Origin: Felis catus
Lineage: Eukaryota
Direction: 5' to 3'
Assembly: GCF_018350175.1 (NCBI RefSeq)
Contig: NC_058368.1
Coordinates: 207,950,001 to 208,014,000, forward strand
DNA: 64,000 bases
The notes under the pieces were generated by a model. It did not search any database and had not been told where the DNA came from. It saw nothing but the letters and a program-made list of their open reading frames with translations. The position numbers and the translations under genes were made by a program. Shown one piece after another: positions 25,170 through 37,954 of the stretch (position 1 is its first letter; each line of letters opens with the position of its first letter).

Positions 25170-25390
25170 ATAGCTCAATAGTTAAGAGCACAGATACTGG
25201 GACTCAACTGCCCGGTTAGGATCTGGCTCTGCCGTTTACTGGCTGTGTGGTCTGGTCTAAGTTATTCGACATCTCTGTGCCTTCACGTCCTCATTATAAA
25301 ATAGGAATAAAATGGCACTTCTTATGGTTGTTGTAAATAATTAAAAGACTGAATATACTTAGAGCATTTGGATGTGTTTGCTATTATCTT
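25170..25390 (+). mobile_element. MIR relic
   Basis: GTTAAGAGCACAGA...CTCTGTGCCTTCACGTCCTCATTATAAAATAGGAATAA. Confidence 0.7.
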
Positions 25391-25567
25391 TTTAAGGAAA
25401 TGAGAAATCTATAAGAAGAAGAATAAATTTAGGACAAAACAGGAAGGAGAAATGTGTGAAAGATAGCATCAATAAGAAAAGAAAACTTTAAAACGATTGA
25501 CCAAGAAGAAAAAAAAATGCTGCCTGAATGATGTAAGATGAAAGACATTTTTAAAAAGGAAACTAAA

Positions 25568-25785
25568 GGGGCGCCTGGGTGGCTCAGTCGGTTGAGCGTC
25601 CGACTTTGGCTCAGGTCATGATCTTGCGGTCCGTGAGTTCGAGCCCCGCGTCGGGCTCTGGGCTGATGGCTCAGAGCCTGAAGCCTGCTTCTGATTCTGT
25701 GTCTCCCTCTCTCTCTGTCCCTCCCCCATTCATGCTCTGTCTCTGTCTGTCTCAAAAATAAATAAACGCTAAAAAAAAAAAAAAA
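25568..25785 (+). mobile_element. Young Can-SINE (SINEC_Fc-like)
   Basis: CpG-rich, intact A/B boxes, pure A tail, perfect TSD AAAAAGGAAACTAAA. Confidence 0.97.
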
Positions 25786-26230
25786 AAAAAGGAAACTAAA
25801 AACATTTGCAACCACAAATTTGAGGGAGAAATAGGGTAAATATGTTGCATATCTGAAGAAAGGCCAAGACTATAATTGAGGACATCAGAAAAAGTGCAGA
25901 TAGCAGAAAAAAATGTTCCAAGGCAAACAATTCTCCTTTCCTTTATATATTTAGGTGGTGGGTGGTGTTTTTCTTAGATCGTCTGTGTCTTTGCTGATTT
26001 TCTTTTTTTTTGCCTTGTTATTTATTCTATTAGTTGCTGATGGAAAGGTGCTAAGATTTCTGATTGTGGAATTGTCTATTTTTGTGTTTAATGCTATTTT
26101 TACCTCATGTATTTTGAAATACTTTCATTAGTTGTATGCACATTTATTATTGTTAGGCCTTCCTCTATGAACTGACCCTTTTATTATAATGAAATATTCC
26201 CCTTTATCTCTGATAACACTTTTTGTCTCA

Positions 26231-26928
26231 TGTATTAGTTTCTAAGGATTGCCGTAAAAAAGGCACCACAAACTTGGTGGTTTATTATTTGAAAAAAAAA
26301 TTTTTGATATTTATTTATTTATTTATTTATTTATTTATTGAGAAAGAGAAAGGGAGAGAGAGAGAGCACAAGTGGCAGAGGGGCAGAGAGAGGGAGAAAG
26401 AGAATCTAAAACGGGCTCTAGGCCACGAACTGTCAGCACAGAGCCCGACGTGTAGTTTGAACCCATGAACCGTGAGCGCATGACCTGAGGTGAAGTTGGA
26501 TGCTTAACCGACTGAGCCACCCAGGCGCCCATTGGTGGCTTAAAACAATAGAAACGTATTCTCTCTTAGTTCTGGGGGCTAGAAGTCCCAACCCCAGGTA
26601 TTGGCAGGGCCATTCTTCCTCTGAAGGCTCCAGGCCTTTCTTTCTCTCTTCCGGCTTCTGTTGGGTGTTCCTTAGCTGGTGGATGTATTAATCTGAAGTC
26701 TGCCTCTGCCATCACATAGCCGCCTTCTCTCCGTGTGTCTCTGTGTTCAAGTTTCTCTCTTTTTATAAGGACATTGGTTGTTGGATTAGAGTCCAGCCCA
26801 ATCCACCATAACCTCATCTCAACTTGATTACATCAGCAAAGACCCTATTTCCAAATAAGGTCACATTCACAGGTACAAGGGGTTAGGGCTTCAACATCTT
26901 CCTGGAAAACACAACTCAACCTACAACA
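26231..26928 (-). mobile_element. MLT1A/B-like solo LTR inserted in L1
   Basis: TGTATTAGTTTCTAAGG...GCAAAGACCCTATTTCCAAATAAGGTCACATTCACAGGTAC...CAACCTACAACA. Confidence 0.88.
26285..26530 (-). mobile_element. Can-SINE inserted in MLT1 LTR
   Basis: TSD TTGGTGG(T/C)TTA; (TTTA)n tail. Confidence 0.95.
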
Positions 26929-27568
26929 TCTTGAAATCTATTTTGTCTCATATTCATATGGCCACTGCAGCCTTCATATGCTTTCTATTTGTGTAGTGTA
27001 GATGTATTTTTCCATTCATTTACTTTGAGCCTATTTGTGTCTTCAGATTTAAAGTGTCTCACTGGTAAACAGTAGTTTTTAAAATCCATTCTGATCATCT
27101 CTGTTGACTGAATTGTTTAATCCATTAATATTTGATGTGATTATTTGTTTGGGTATGTCTGTCTGTCATTTTATTTTTTGGGTTTTTTTTTTTTGGCCGT
27201 ATCCTCTATTTTTTAGCCTACATTTTTCATTCATTGCCTTTAAAACTATTTGAATGTTTTAAATTCTATTTAAATTTTCTTACTGGCCCTTTGCTATTCT
27301 TCTCTGCATATTTTTCTTAGTGGTTGGCTAGTAATATACAATATATATCCTTAACTTTTCACAGTTAACATGGTAGCGATTTGTGTAATAGGAGGAAAAC
27401 TTGCAAATGCATAGAACCATATCCTCCTCTGCTCCGTCCTTTGTGTTGTAGTTGTTATGTGTATTACATACATCTATATTATAATCCCACAAGACAATGC
27501 CATACTCTTTGCTCTAAACAGATTTTTTAAATTCAGAGAAAAAAAGAGAAATATTTTCAATTTCTTAG

Positions 27569-27570
<2 letters not shown>

Positions 27571-27602
<32 letters not shown>
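27571..27602. repeat. (GT)n microsatellite
   Basis: Direct reading, about 16 units. Confidence 0.95.
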
Positions 27603-27603
<1 letters not shown>

Positions 27604-29081
27604 GTAATCATTTCTAACGCTCTTCATTCTTTAGTGAGGATCCAAATTTCCATCTAGAATCTTTTCCTTTTAGCCTAAGGAATTTCCCTTAGCATTTCTT
27701 ATAGGGCAGATCTGTGGGCCATAGTCTCTTAGTTCTCTTTTATCTAAAATTGCTTTTATTCTGCTTTTATCTTTGAAGGATAGTGTTGCTGGATGAGAGA
27801 TTCTGGATTGATAGTTTTTCACCCCCCCAGCACTTTAAAGGTATTATTTAACTCTCTTCTGGCCTCCACAGTTTCTGATGAGAATTCGTTTTTTTAATTG
27901 GATTTTGTTTGTAATGTATATATATGCAATGTGTCTTTTTCTCCCCCTGCTTTCAAGCTTTGTTATTTATCTTTGCTCAACAGTGTAATTATCATGTATT
28001 TCAACATTAGTCTTTATATCTATTCTAACTGGTGTTGAGCATCTGGAGTCTCTACATTTCTGGTTTTCAACAAATTTGGAAAACTTTTGAATATTATTCC
28101 TTCAAATATTTTTTCTGCCCTGTGCTTTCTTTCTTCTTCTTCTTCTGAGATTACCTGTATGTGAAACCATCTGATGTTATCTGAGAGGTCCCTTGTCCAT
28201 TTTTTAAAATCTTTTTTCTTTTTGTTCATCTTCTTAGATCATTTCATTGGCTTTATTTTCTAGTTTACTCCTCTTTTACATCTCCATTTAGTTATTGAGT
28301 GCATCTGGGAATTTTAAAATTTCAGATATTTTATTTTTTAGTCCTAGAATTTCCACTTTTTTTTGGTTTAAATATTCCTGCTGAGCTTCCCTGTGTTTTC
28401 ATTCACTGAGAGCATATTCTACTTCATCAAGAAGGAAGGTACCTGTTAGTTTCAACATCTGGTTCACTTGGGGTCAGATGTGGTTCATTTTCTTTTCTCC
28501 CGAGAATGTGCTACATTTTCTTGATTTTTCCTATGTCAAGTTATTTTGCAATGTATCATGTACATTATGAATGTGAAGTTGTGAAGATTCGGGTGTGCTG
28601 TTTTTCTCTAATGTGTGTTGTTTGCTTTGCTTTAGCAGGCAAGTGTCTTGGCTAGGCTTGAACTGTAAAACTGTTTCTCTTTAGGCAGCAGCTCTGCTCC
28701 TGGTTTAAGTCCTTTGCTTCAGCTGGGCTGCTTTGTTTGCTCCTCACGGGCGTGGTTCAGAGGTCAGCCTGAGACGTGGGTAGAGTCAGTTTAGTGATCC
28801 TTTGTCTGTCTCCTTTCTCTTCCCTTCCATTCACTTGAGTAACCGTTCCCCAGCATCACTTTCCTGATCCTACTAACTGGAAGGATTGTGGGTTTTTCCA
28901 TCAGTGCCCTCACCACCAGGCTGCCAAATGCCAAGTGGACCACATTAATCCTAGACTGAAAGCAAGCAGAACTGGGGAACCTATCTTACAGCACTCCTTT
29001 CCTCCAAGCATTTATTCCCCACAAGGGTCTTTCTGTTTCTGTTCACTCTCCAGTGACTTCAGGTATTTGCCTTTGAATTTT

Positions 29082-29293
29082 TTTTTTCCTGTTTATTTAT
29101 TTACTTTGAGAGAGAGAGAGAGAGAGCACACAAGCAGGGGAAGGGCAGAGGGAGAGAGGGGGGTAGAGAGAATCCCAAGAAGCCTCTGTTCAGTGCAGAG
29201 CCTGACGTGGGGCTCAATCCCCACAGTCCTGGGGTTATGACCGGAGCTGAAATCGGGTCAGAGGCTCAATCGACTGAGCCACCCAGGCACCTC
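29082..29293 (-). mobile_element. Can-SINE
   Basis: TSD TTGCCTTTGAATTTT. Confidence 0.95.
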
Positions 29294-29930
29294 TTGCCTT
29301 TGAATTTTACGTAGGCTTTACCATTGTTTCCAGAGGGAAAGAGCATCCTCTGGTAAGGACTTAACTCGGTCATTAACAGAAGCTGGAAACCCATTTGGCC
29401 TGCAGTATTGTCTCTAACAGTAAAGAGCTGGAAACAACTTGAATGTCCACCAGCAAAAGACAGTGGTACATCATCTTCTAGAATACTATGTAGCTGTTAA
29501 AAAGAATAAGATGAATGTAACTACTAAAAAGGACACATCTCCAGGACATGCTCCTACATTGAAAAGCAAGGTTCGGAACCATACGTATAGTCTGTGAGGT
29601 GCCTCCCTGGTCCCCTTTCAGGATCAGTGCATGTGTTTCTCCAGCTGCTGAGGGATCCCAGTGCAGTCCCTCCCTAGGAGTTACCATTTTTATTCTTCCA
29701 GCTGCCACCCAACCCATTGTATGACTATTTCCATGTTGGGTCTAAGAGGCCGCCTGTGGCCTAGAAAGAAGAATGAAACGTCCCCTCTTGGCATGGGAGA
29801 CACGGAGAGCACCATTTGGGCTAACTGGTCATTTCCAGTAACAACCATTCTTTGAGATTCCACTGAACCTTGTAGATTACACTGTGTCCATGGACTAATT
29901 GGAGGGAGTTTAAGAAGAGAGTAGAAGTAG

Positions 29931-30153
29931 GGGGCATGGGTGGCTCAGTTCATTGAGCGTCCAGCTTTGGCTCAGGTCATGATCTCATGGTCCCTGAGTT
30001 TGAGTCCTGCACTGGGCTCTCTGCTGTCAGCACAGAGCCTCCCTCAGATCCTCTGTCCTCCTCTCTCTCTCTGCCCCTCCCCCACTTGTGCTTTCTCTCT
30101 CTCTCTCTCAAAAATAAGATAGGCTTTTTTTTTGCTTTTTTTTTTTTTTTTTT
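29931..30153 (+). mobile_element. Can-SINE with T-rich tail
   Basis: Head GGGGCATGGGTGGCTCAG; degenerate TSD AGAA(G/C)AGAGTAG. Confidence 0.93.
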
Positions 30154-30492
30154 AGAACAGAGTAGTAATGATGAAAGGAATGGAAGAAAGATGCATGGAG
30201 AAAAGGTAAGGAGACACGCACTTATATGTATCATTCGGCAGCCTGACAACGAGCTAGGTCATATCCTTAAATGGAGGTGGAGGCTAAGAACTCTGTCTAA
30301 AGTAAAGAAGAGGCTACAGTGAGGGGCGGGAGGGTTACAGTGAATTGCATGGGTCAGTTCCCCCCAAGGTTTGAGATTCTTAATAAAGGAAATCTTTAAA
30401 ATGCTGTTAAATATTTTTAAAAAACAAATTTGTTTTTTGTAAATAGCAGTATTGTAGATAGATCCTTAATTTTTTTTCTAATTTCCATTATA

Positions 30493-30693
30493 ATTTTTTA
30501 ATGTTTATTTATTTTGAGAGAGTACATGTAGGCAGGGGAGAAGCAGTGAGAGGGGGAGAGAGAGAATCCCAAGCAGGCTCCGTGCTCTCAGGGCAGAGCC
30601 TGATGTGGGGCTTGATCCTTTGAACCATGAGATCATGACCTGAGCCAAAATCAAAGGTCAAATGCCTAACAGACTGAGCCACCCAGGTGCTGC
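30493..30693 (-). mobile_element. Can-SINE
   Basis: TSD ATTTCCATTA; ends GAGCCACCCAGGTGC. Confidence 0.93.
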
Positions 30694-30929
30694 TGATTTC
30701 CATTAAAATCATTTTTTTAATTTTTGATATATTAATAATAATAACAGCAAAATTTTGAAAAGAAGATTTCTTTTTCAAGTGAGCCCCTTTTTATCCTAAC
30801 TTGATGTTACAGAAAAGTTTCGAACGTATTCAGAGGTAGGATAGCAGGTCAGTCCTCACGTGTGCATCACCCAGTTTCAACCATTAGCCTCTATTTGCCA
30901 ATCTTGCATTGTGTATCCCCCTCGTACTG

Positions 30930-31530
30930 GTTGTGGAGCTGTTATCTCACCTCCAAACCCACCCCTGCATGTTCTCTTTGAGATGCTGGGGGCTGGGGCT
31001 CTTCAAACCTCGTTCCAGTTTTGTGCACGGACTGCTGGACTCTGCCCATGGCAGGTGCTACAGGGAGACGGAGGCTGGAGGAGGAAGAGAGGACCTGCCT
31101 CTTCCTGTTTGCGTCCTGCTAATACCACCCTGCAGTGCCACTTTCCCCCAGTGGCAGTCCCTTCCCAGGGTGACAGTAGTATCTAGCTGTCATTTTTCTG
31201 ACACTCACACAATAAACTTCCCCATTCTTCCCAAAGGCACCAGCCCCAGGAGGTCAGAGAACTCAGGTCCCCAGCCCTTCCTGGAGCTCAGACTCTGTGG
31301 TCTTCTCAGAGTTCTGTGTCCAGCTGAGTGGGGAGCTTCCTCCAAGCCTCTAGGTCTTGATAATTCCAACCCCTTCCCTTGTTTTCCAACCCGAGGGCAG
31401 TAACTGCTTCCTGCAGTGGCTACTTCCATGATCCCTTTGATTCTCTTCGCTTGTCAGCGACCTGGTTAATAATCCCTTATGTTAAATTTCCTGTTACAAT
31501 AAATGGTGTGATTTCTGTCTCCATCATGAC
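30930..31530 (+). mobile_element. LTR41-like (ERVL) solo LTR, flanked by old L1 3' sequence
   Basis: CTCCAAACCCACCCC...TTTGAGATGCTGGGGGCTGG...GGGAGACGGAGGCTGGAGGAGGAAGA matches recalled LTR41; ends ATGGTGTGATTTCTGTCTCC..GACTG. Confidence 0.7.
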
Positions 31531-32534
31531 TGCTTTTTTCTGAAGTATTTAAAGAGCAAATTCAGGCATTATGCCATTTCATCTGTGATGTTTCAGGATG
31601 TATCCCCAGCTTAGGAACATTTCTAAAAGTTTACATAACCACCATGGCATTAACAAACTTAACAAAATTATTACAAAAATCTCATGATGCTATCTGAAAA
31701 CTAGTTTGCATACGCATTTCTTTGATCTTCCTAGTGACTTCCGTGATCTTCATAAGCTTCACTCGCAGATATCCATGGGATGTAGGCAGGGGACAGAAAC
31801 AAGCGACATGGGAGGATGGTTACTGCTCCAGGTGTAAATTTTGGAAGAACTAGAAAACTCCTTTAGTTGTTGCTTATATTAGGGCTCTACTTGGGGTAGA
31901 AGGGAGTCCTGGGAGAAGACAGGCACTTTAAGGGCAGAACAGGGGGCAGCGGGAGGCCCTGGGAATCAAATAGCAGGATGCAGGGGTGTTGGCCAAAGCC
32001 AAAGTCGCCTTTGGGCACTGCCTCGTCACCACAAGCCTGTCTGAAGAACCCGAGTGAAGGAAGTCTCTTCAGTTCACAACTTCGCCGAGAAACAAAGCTG
32101 GAAAGGGAGTCCAAGGATACGGAGAACAGTGACACGCATAAACAGAGTTGAACTGGATGCTTCGTTCAGTTCATTCCGTGATAGGAATGCTACTCCGGGC
32201 AGGGTGCACTCAGCTGGCTGGACCCTTTCTCCAGACACAAATCTTCATTGCTTTCCCAGGAGAAACATTGCCATGGCCAAATGGCAGTTTGCATAATGAG
32301 AGTTTCAGTGATTTATTTATCTTCCCAAGGTTGTCCAAACATAAGACACTTAATTGGACTTGTCTAAACACTGTCAGTCACCCGTAGCCTTGAAGACCCC
32401 CTTAGTCTGTGTTCAGAACATAACTAAAATTAACGACATGATAAGGATGGCAAAACTCTGATCTCTGGTAGAGGCAAAAGGGAAAGTTGTGAAAAATGAT
32501 GGCACGTATCTCCTAGCTGTGCTGCATTACATTC

Positions 32535-32743
32535 TTGTTGTTGTTGTTTATTTATTTTTGAGAGAGAGAGACAGAGGATGAGCGGGGGAGGGGCAGAGAG
32601 AGAGGGAGACACAGAATCCGAAGCAGGCTCCAGGCTCTGTGCTTAAAGCTCAGAGCCTGACGCAGGGCCCGAACCTACGAACCAGGAGATGGTGACCTGA
32701 GCCACAGTTGGATGCTTAATAGACTGAGTCACCCAGGTGCCCC
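32535..32743 (-). mobile_element. Can-SINE
   Basis: TSD GTGCTGC(A/G)TTA(C/T)ATT. Confidence 0.95.
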
Positions 32744-33189
32744 AGTGCTGCGTTATATTTCAGTTTCAAGGGAGGAGGTGAGAGTGGACCCACAGAGCAG
32801 AAAGACATAAGAAGACTGGTCATTTTTTTATGAATACTTACGGCCCTCTTGGGCCTCCAGGCATCCTCACAGCAGACTGGGCAAACTTGGGAGTGTAAAA
32901 AAATGGAGGCAGTTTTAGCCACTCAGTGCCAATCAACGCGAAACCATTAACTACAGTACTCTATTTTCATATTGTCATTTTCTCGTGTCAACATAGCTAT
33001 TACTTACGTAGCTTGGTTAGAATAGTGCAGAATATGTCTCTTGACTTTGAAGTCCCAGGCTACCCCAGAATCTATTTCTTGGTGACTTTTCATGAATTTT
33101 ATAGGTTCAGTAACTGTGCAAGCCCCTACTTTTGCAAATCAAGGTGGACTGTCTTTAATCCACCTACAGCGTTCACCAAAAGACCAGGA

Positions 33190-33370
33190 AAGGTGAAACC
33201 GACATTCTACTGCTCTGCTGCTTTTAGTGATAGGAACTAGTTAAGTCAAACTCCCTAGGATCTCAGTTTCTTCATCCGTGAAATGGAAACAAGTATGAAC
33301 ACTTGCCTTATTTTCCTTATAGGGATGTGACAGGAATGAATTGAAGTAGGGTTCTTTAAAAACAGGAAAC
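33190..33370 (+). mobile_element. MIR relic
   Basis: TCTCAGTTTCTTCATCCGTGAAATGG core. Confidence 0.6.
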
Positions 33371-34075
33371 AACTATGTATTTGGGACGTCTCCTCAAAAG
33401 TCTTAGCATTGCTTCTGCTTATTGACCTTAGGAAGTTCTTCAACCTTGCCTTGCCAAAATTTAGCCCAAGGAGTAATGAGATGGATTCCTTTTCCCATCT
33501 CTCTCAGAAGAAAGCTCTGGAAGAAAGGTACTAAATGGGAAAAGCTTCGTACGTCCTAGGTTCCTTCTAAAATTGTCACCAATCGTAGCAGCTGAAAAGT
33601 CTTCTGATCGGATCAGAACATGTGCACCATTCAGGTAAACATAATCCTTTAGCTCCAGGCAGCAACCACTGTCGGTTGAACTTGGTACCTTCTCAGCTGT
33701 GCGAGTTTTTCAACGTACAGGAGAAGCCAGCCTGAGTCCCTTTGCTGTTCTCGTGTAAGTCTGTCTGTTGCTTTCGCCTCTCCATAGCCCCAAAGCCCTG
33801 TTGGGGCTGGGTTGGAGCTGGGTTTCTGCATGCCTGCCCTTCAAACATTCCATCTCCCTATCTTAATTTCCCATATTCATCTCTCCTTGCAGCCAAAGTG
33901 GGTTAATGCAAACTAACCCGTTTTATGATGTAACTGGGTCGTGTTCTTTGACTTTAAGGCAGATGGCACTCCAGAGTCTTCTGTGTGCCGTGTCCGGATC
34001 TGAAAGCCTGATGGAATGGAATCTGTGGACTTTCAGTTTCATAGTGTTTGTTGATACATTACACCCACTGTGTCC

Positions 34076-34279
34076 TTTTTTTTTTTTTTAATTTTTATTA
34101 TTTTTAGAGAGAGCGCAAAAAAGAGTGAGCAGTGGCAGGGCAGAGGGAGAGAGAATCCCCAGCAGGCTTCACACCCAGTGCAGAGCCCGACGTGGGGCTC
34201 GATCCCGCAACCTTGGGATCATGACCTGAGCTGAAATCAGACATCAGATGCTCAACCGACTGAGCCACCCAGGCACCCC
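34076..34279 (-). mobile_element. Can-SINE
   Basis: Poly-T tail; ends GAGCCACCCAGGCACCCC. Confidence 0.95.
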
Positions 34280-34539
34280 TGGACGTGGCTTTTGATGGTC
34301 TTTGTGGTCACTACGTTATTAGCTAGTGGTGCTCTCTGGAAGCAGCACTGGGTTTCAGTTTTCATAAATGTATCACCAAAGGGCATGGAAACAGCCAAAA
34401 GCTCCAGAAAGATGGCTCAGTTTCACTTTCCAAATCTCAAGCAAACGCACCTAATTATTGAAACCTCATTCAGATCTAAAACCCCAGCTGCCAGAGGTTG
34501 TGGAAAACAGAGACTTCAGCTTTTCGATCTTGCCACAAA

Positions 34540-34930
34540 GCCCTGTCCTCCCTGTCAGCTCTCTTGACCCTTCAGCAGCATTTGACACGGCTGACTGCAC
34601 CTTCTTTCTCGAAGTCCTTTTGCTTTGCTTCCGCGATCCAGGATTCTCCTCCATTTCCACCACCTTTCTGGACCTTCTGTTCTCAATCTCTTACAGTTTT
34701 CTTCCTCTGCCCTTTCCTTAAGGGATGGTATTCCTCATATTTATGAATCAGGCCCACTTTCTTTTCTGATCCTCTATGCTTTTTATTTTTAAAGATAATC
34801 TCACCTGTATCTTACTAACTATCCGTGTCTCCAGGTACCATCTATTTGCTCTTAACTCTCAAATTTACATTTCCAATGCACATGTCTCTTTTGAGTTTCA
34901 AACCTGTATAGCCAAGTCCCTACTGAAATT
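34540..34930 (+). mobile_element. L2 LINE reverse-transcriptase relic
   Basis: ORF 34458-34721 contains LDPSAAFDTADCTFFLE, close to the L2/CR1 RT motif LDLSAAFDTVDH..LLE. Confidence 0.8.
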
Positions 34931-36323
34931 GTGAGTCCCAAAGGTAAAGCACATCCAACATGTCCTATTTTCTCTCAGAATGTGCCATTTCTCTGTGTGT
35001 GCATCATCCAAGGAGTAATCCAACCAGGACCTTCATGTTTCAGAGGATTCTGCTTTTTTTTTTTTTTTTTTTTTTACCTGGTGACTGGCTTCCAAGAGAC
35101 AGGAAGCGGAAACCGCCAGGTCAATTAAGGGTGACATCTTACAAGATGTCTTACTGGTGCATCGTAACTTCTGCTAATTATGTTGCTCAGAATTCACCTA
35201 GATTCAATACAGTGGGAAAACTGACTACCTCATGACAGGGGAGTGGCAAGTTCATATCTGCCACAGTGAGATCAGAAATCAAATCCAGGCTCAAGTCACT
35301 GCAAACCCAGAGCACTTAACCGTGAAGCTGTTGCGCTTCATGTGTTCAGAAAACCACTCCGTTCACTTCTGGAAAATAATGGAAATAAGGGAATATCGGT
35401 TCTTCTCCATCATTGGCTAATTGCTCATTCACTTATTCATTCACTGGTCTTTGCAGCAAGCCCGAGCGTTGTTTGAGTGCACGCGATCACGAAGAGAGCA
35501 GACGAGTCGCCGGTCTGCTGGAGCTGGAGTCCAGTCTTTCACCATTCGCACAAATAGTTTCATTTTGAATCAGTGGCATCAGAATCGGTTGTTTGTAAGG
35601 GCAAGGCGTGATCAATTTTTGATCCTAAGGGATGCTGACATGAAGCTCTGCAGGGAAGTAAGTGAAGCATGACCCAATCGAAGTTTATAGCATCACAAAA
35701 TATTTAGATCTCTTGGTGTGGCATGTATACAGGGGGAAGAGAGTACATTTTAAATATTTACAGCTGATAAATATTTTTTCATGCTATGACAGTACTTGAC
35801 ACACAGCAGCTTGTAGGAAAAAATGCTTGAATGCAGCACGCGAGTGAATTAATTTCACATTCTGTCCTGGGGTTAAACTGTGGCACCGGCTAAATGGCCA
35901 ACAGTCGGCAGGCCGATTGCCAAAACAATCAATTGGATCACCGTGCAATCTAGTTGCCTCGTTAAGACAATCGAAACAATAACAACCAAATCAGATTGAC
36001 TCTATGGAAATCTAATCAGTTGCCCGACGATCAGATATAATAGCTCTCCAATCAAATTAATTTTATTTTATTTGGTTTATTTAAGCGACATCGGCACAAC
36101 TTTCGTGGGTTTCTGTTCTTTCCTCATACACAACATGACATAATCTTAGCATTTGGAGGGATTCCTAGAGACATCGGTTCTATACTTCTCCTATGGGAGG
36201 AAAGGGTAGGCAGTACAGCCACTGGGTAAATGTGGTCTCTCTCTGGAGTGCTCAGTGTTTATCTTCAGATTTGGAGGGTAATACATGTACATATTTAAAC
36301 AGGTACAAATGTATCGTGGAATA

Positions 36324-36729
36324 CGTATTAGTCGGGATAGATTAGATTATGCTCCGGTATCAAAAAAACTTCCGATCTCAGTGATTGAAGACAACAAAGC
36401 TTATTTCTCATTCCTGCAACAGGTCCCCAAGGGGCACCCCCACGAGGGGCAGCTGGGGCCTGTGTTCCACATTGTCCTCATCCCAGGATGCAGACCCATG
36501 GAACAGACTCTCTGTAGAACTTTGTGTATTGTCTTAGTGGAGGAAAATACAACTCATAAATCATGAACTAGATCTTGACATACTCACCTGTCATTTCCTT
36601 TCATAGACTTCATCGGCCAAAGAATGTCATATGGAGCCATCCATCTTCAGAGAGGGTCAGGGAGATGCAATTCTGCGGTGTCCCAGAAGCATTAGAAATA
36701 TTTGGTGAACAATATTCATGTCTACCACG
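36324..36729 (-). mobile_element. MLT1 (J/K-like) LTR
   Basis: GTATTAGTCGGGATAGATTAGATTATGCT...ATCTCAGTGATTGAAGACAACAAAGCTTATTTCTC...GGTGAACAATATTCATGTCTACCAC. Confidence 0.75.
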
Positions 36730-37246
36730 GAATTGCGTGCAAAGTTCTTACAAACTTTAGGATGATACACAAGACTTTGAAGAAGTTTCTTGAAACCTAT
36801 GTGCACACACTAAAACGATTAAATACGAGAATCCTAGAAAATGATGCATGCTTGCCTGAAATGTCTTATTTTTTCTTAAAATATACGACACATAAATACA
36901 TACATTTTATGAATATTATAGAATATATACATCACATATAAAATATGTAAGTATATATTTGTGCCCTTACCTTGTGATGTTGGTCTAAGGGGATTTCTAT
37001 GAGAGTGGTTTCCTTTACTGGATTTTCTTATTGTCTGATATCCCTGCGTGCCTGGTCTTTGTGAGAATCTAAAGCCACCAGCAAAGCAATCTAAGTGAAA
37101 AATCTGTCAAGATGTTCTACAATTCTTCTACTGTTGTCTCTTCCACGTGTTATTTGGAAGCAATTTGCAAATGCACGTGACTTGCATTTCTTAAATATTT
37201 CAAAAGTTTTTACTTAGCTTTCCAGCATTCACTGTCTATTTTTAAA

Positions 37247-37442
37247 TTTTTTTAAATGTTTATTTATTTTTGAGACAGAGAGAGCACGAGAGGGGGAGGG
37301 GCAGAGAGAGGGAGACAGAATCCGAAGCAGGCTCCCAGCTCTGAGCTGTCAGCACAGAACCTGATATGGGGCTCAAACGCACAGACCCCGAGATCATGAC
37401 CTGAGCCAAAGTCAGATGCTAACCGAACCACCCAGGCGCCCC
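37247..37442 (-). mobile_element. Can-SINE
   Basis: TSD TCACTGTCTAT(T/G)TTTAAA. Confidence 0.95.
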
Positions 37443-37891
37443 TCACTGTCTATGTTTAAATATTTCAAACATACAGATAAAAATCCATCCTTGCATATTT
37501 ACCGCCTAATCAGTGTAGCTTTCATAGAAACAACAGCTCCATTTCCTTCTGTCGTCATAATCTATGCATTTAAAGAACATTTAATTAAATCATATAATTA
37601 TAATAAGAAAAAAGGCACACACAGATTTGAGGATGGTACAACTCAAGTGTCAGTAACAGAAATAAAGGGCATGCTGGAGAGGACACAGGCCACTGGCCTT
37701 AACCATTCCTGTACATCAGATAGTACATTTTAAATAACAAATTACCAAATGGAGAGTACCTGCTGATGATTAGGAAAGTGATTAGTTAAATGAACTTGTA
37801 CTAAACTTTGGTGGAAAAGTTTAGGAGTGCTATCCAGGATCTTCATATTGTAATTAATGATCCTAAAACCCACAGGCTGTGAACTACTTAG

Positions 37892-37930
37892 ATTCATTCA
37901 TTCATTCATTCATTCATTCATTCATTCATT
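37892..37930. repeat. (ATTC)n microsatellite, probably from an L2 tail
   Basis: Direct reading. Confidence 0.9.
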
Positions 37931-37954
37931 TATTAGTTTGTTCATTGGTCCATT

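Larger units (their letters stand above)
25950..29050 (-). mobile_element. Old L1M 5' portion (ORF1 relic and start of ORF2), interrupted
   Basis: ORF 28020-28229(-) reads DLSDNIRWFHIQVISEEEEERKHRAEKIFEGIIFKSFPNLLK, recognisably L1 ORF1p (LWDNIKR.NI.IIG.PE.EE....E.IFE.I...NFPNL). Confidence 0.8.

Noticed and set aside
30909..31403. Longest ORF in the track (164 aa)
   Set aside because: Lies within an LTR41-like LTR, non-ATG start, no recognisable protein
32149..32173. 11-bp hairpin TGAACTGGATG-CTT-CGTTCAGTTCA
   Set aside because: Needs G-U pairs, too short for a pre-miRNA, no supporting context
33602..33618. Palindrome TTCTGATC-G-GATCAGAA
   Set aside because: 8-bp arms are expected about once per 64 kb by chance
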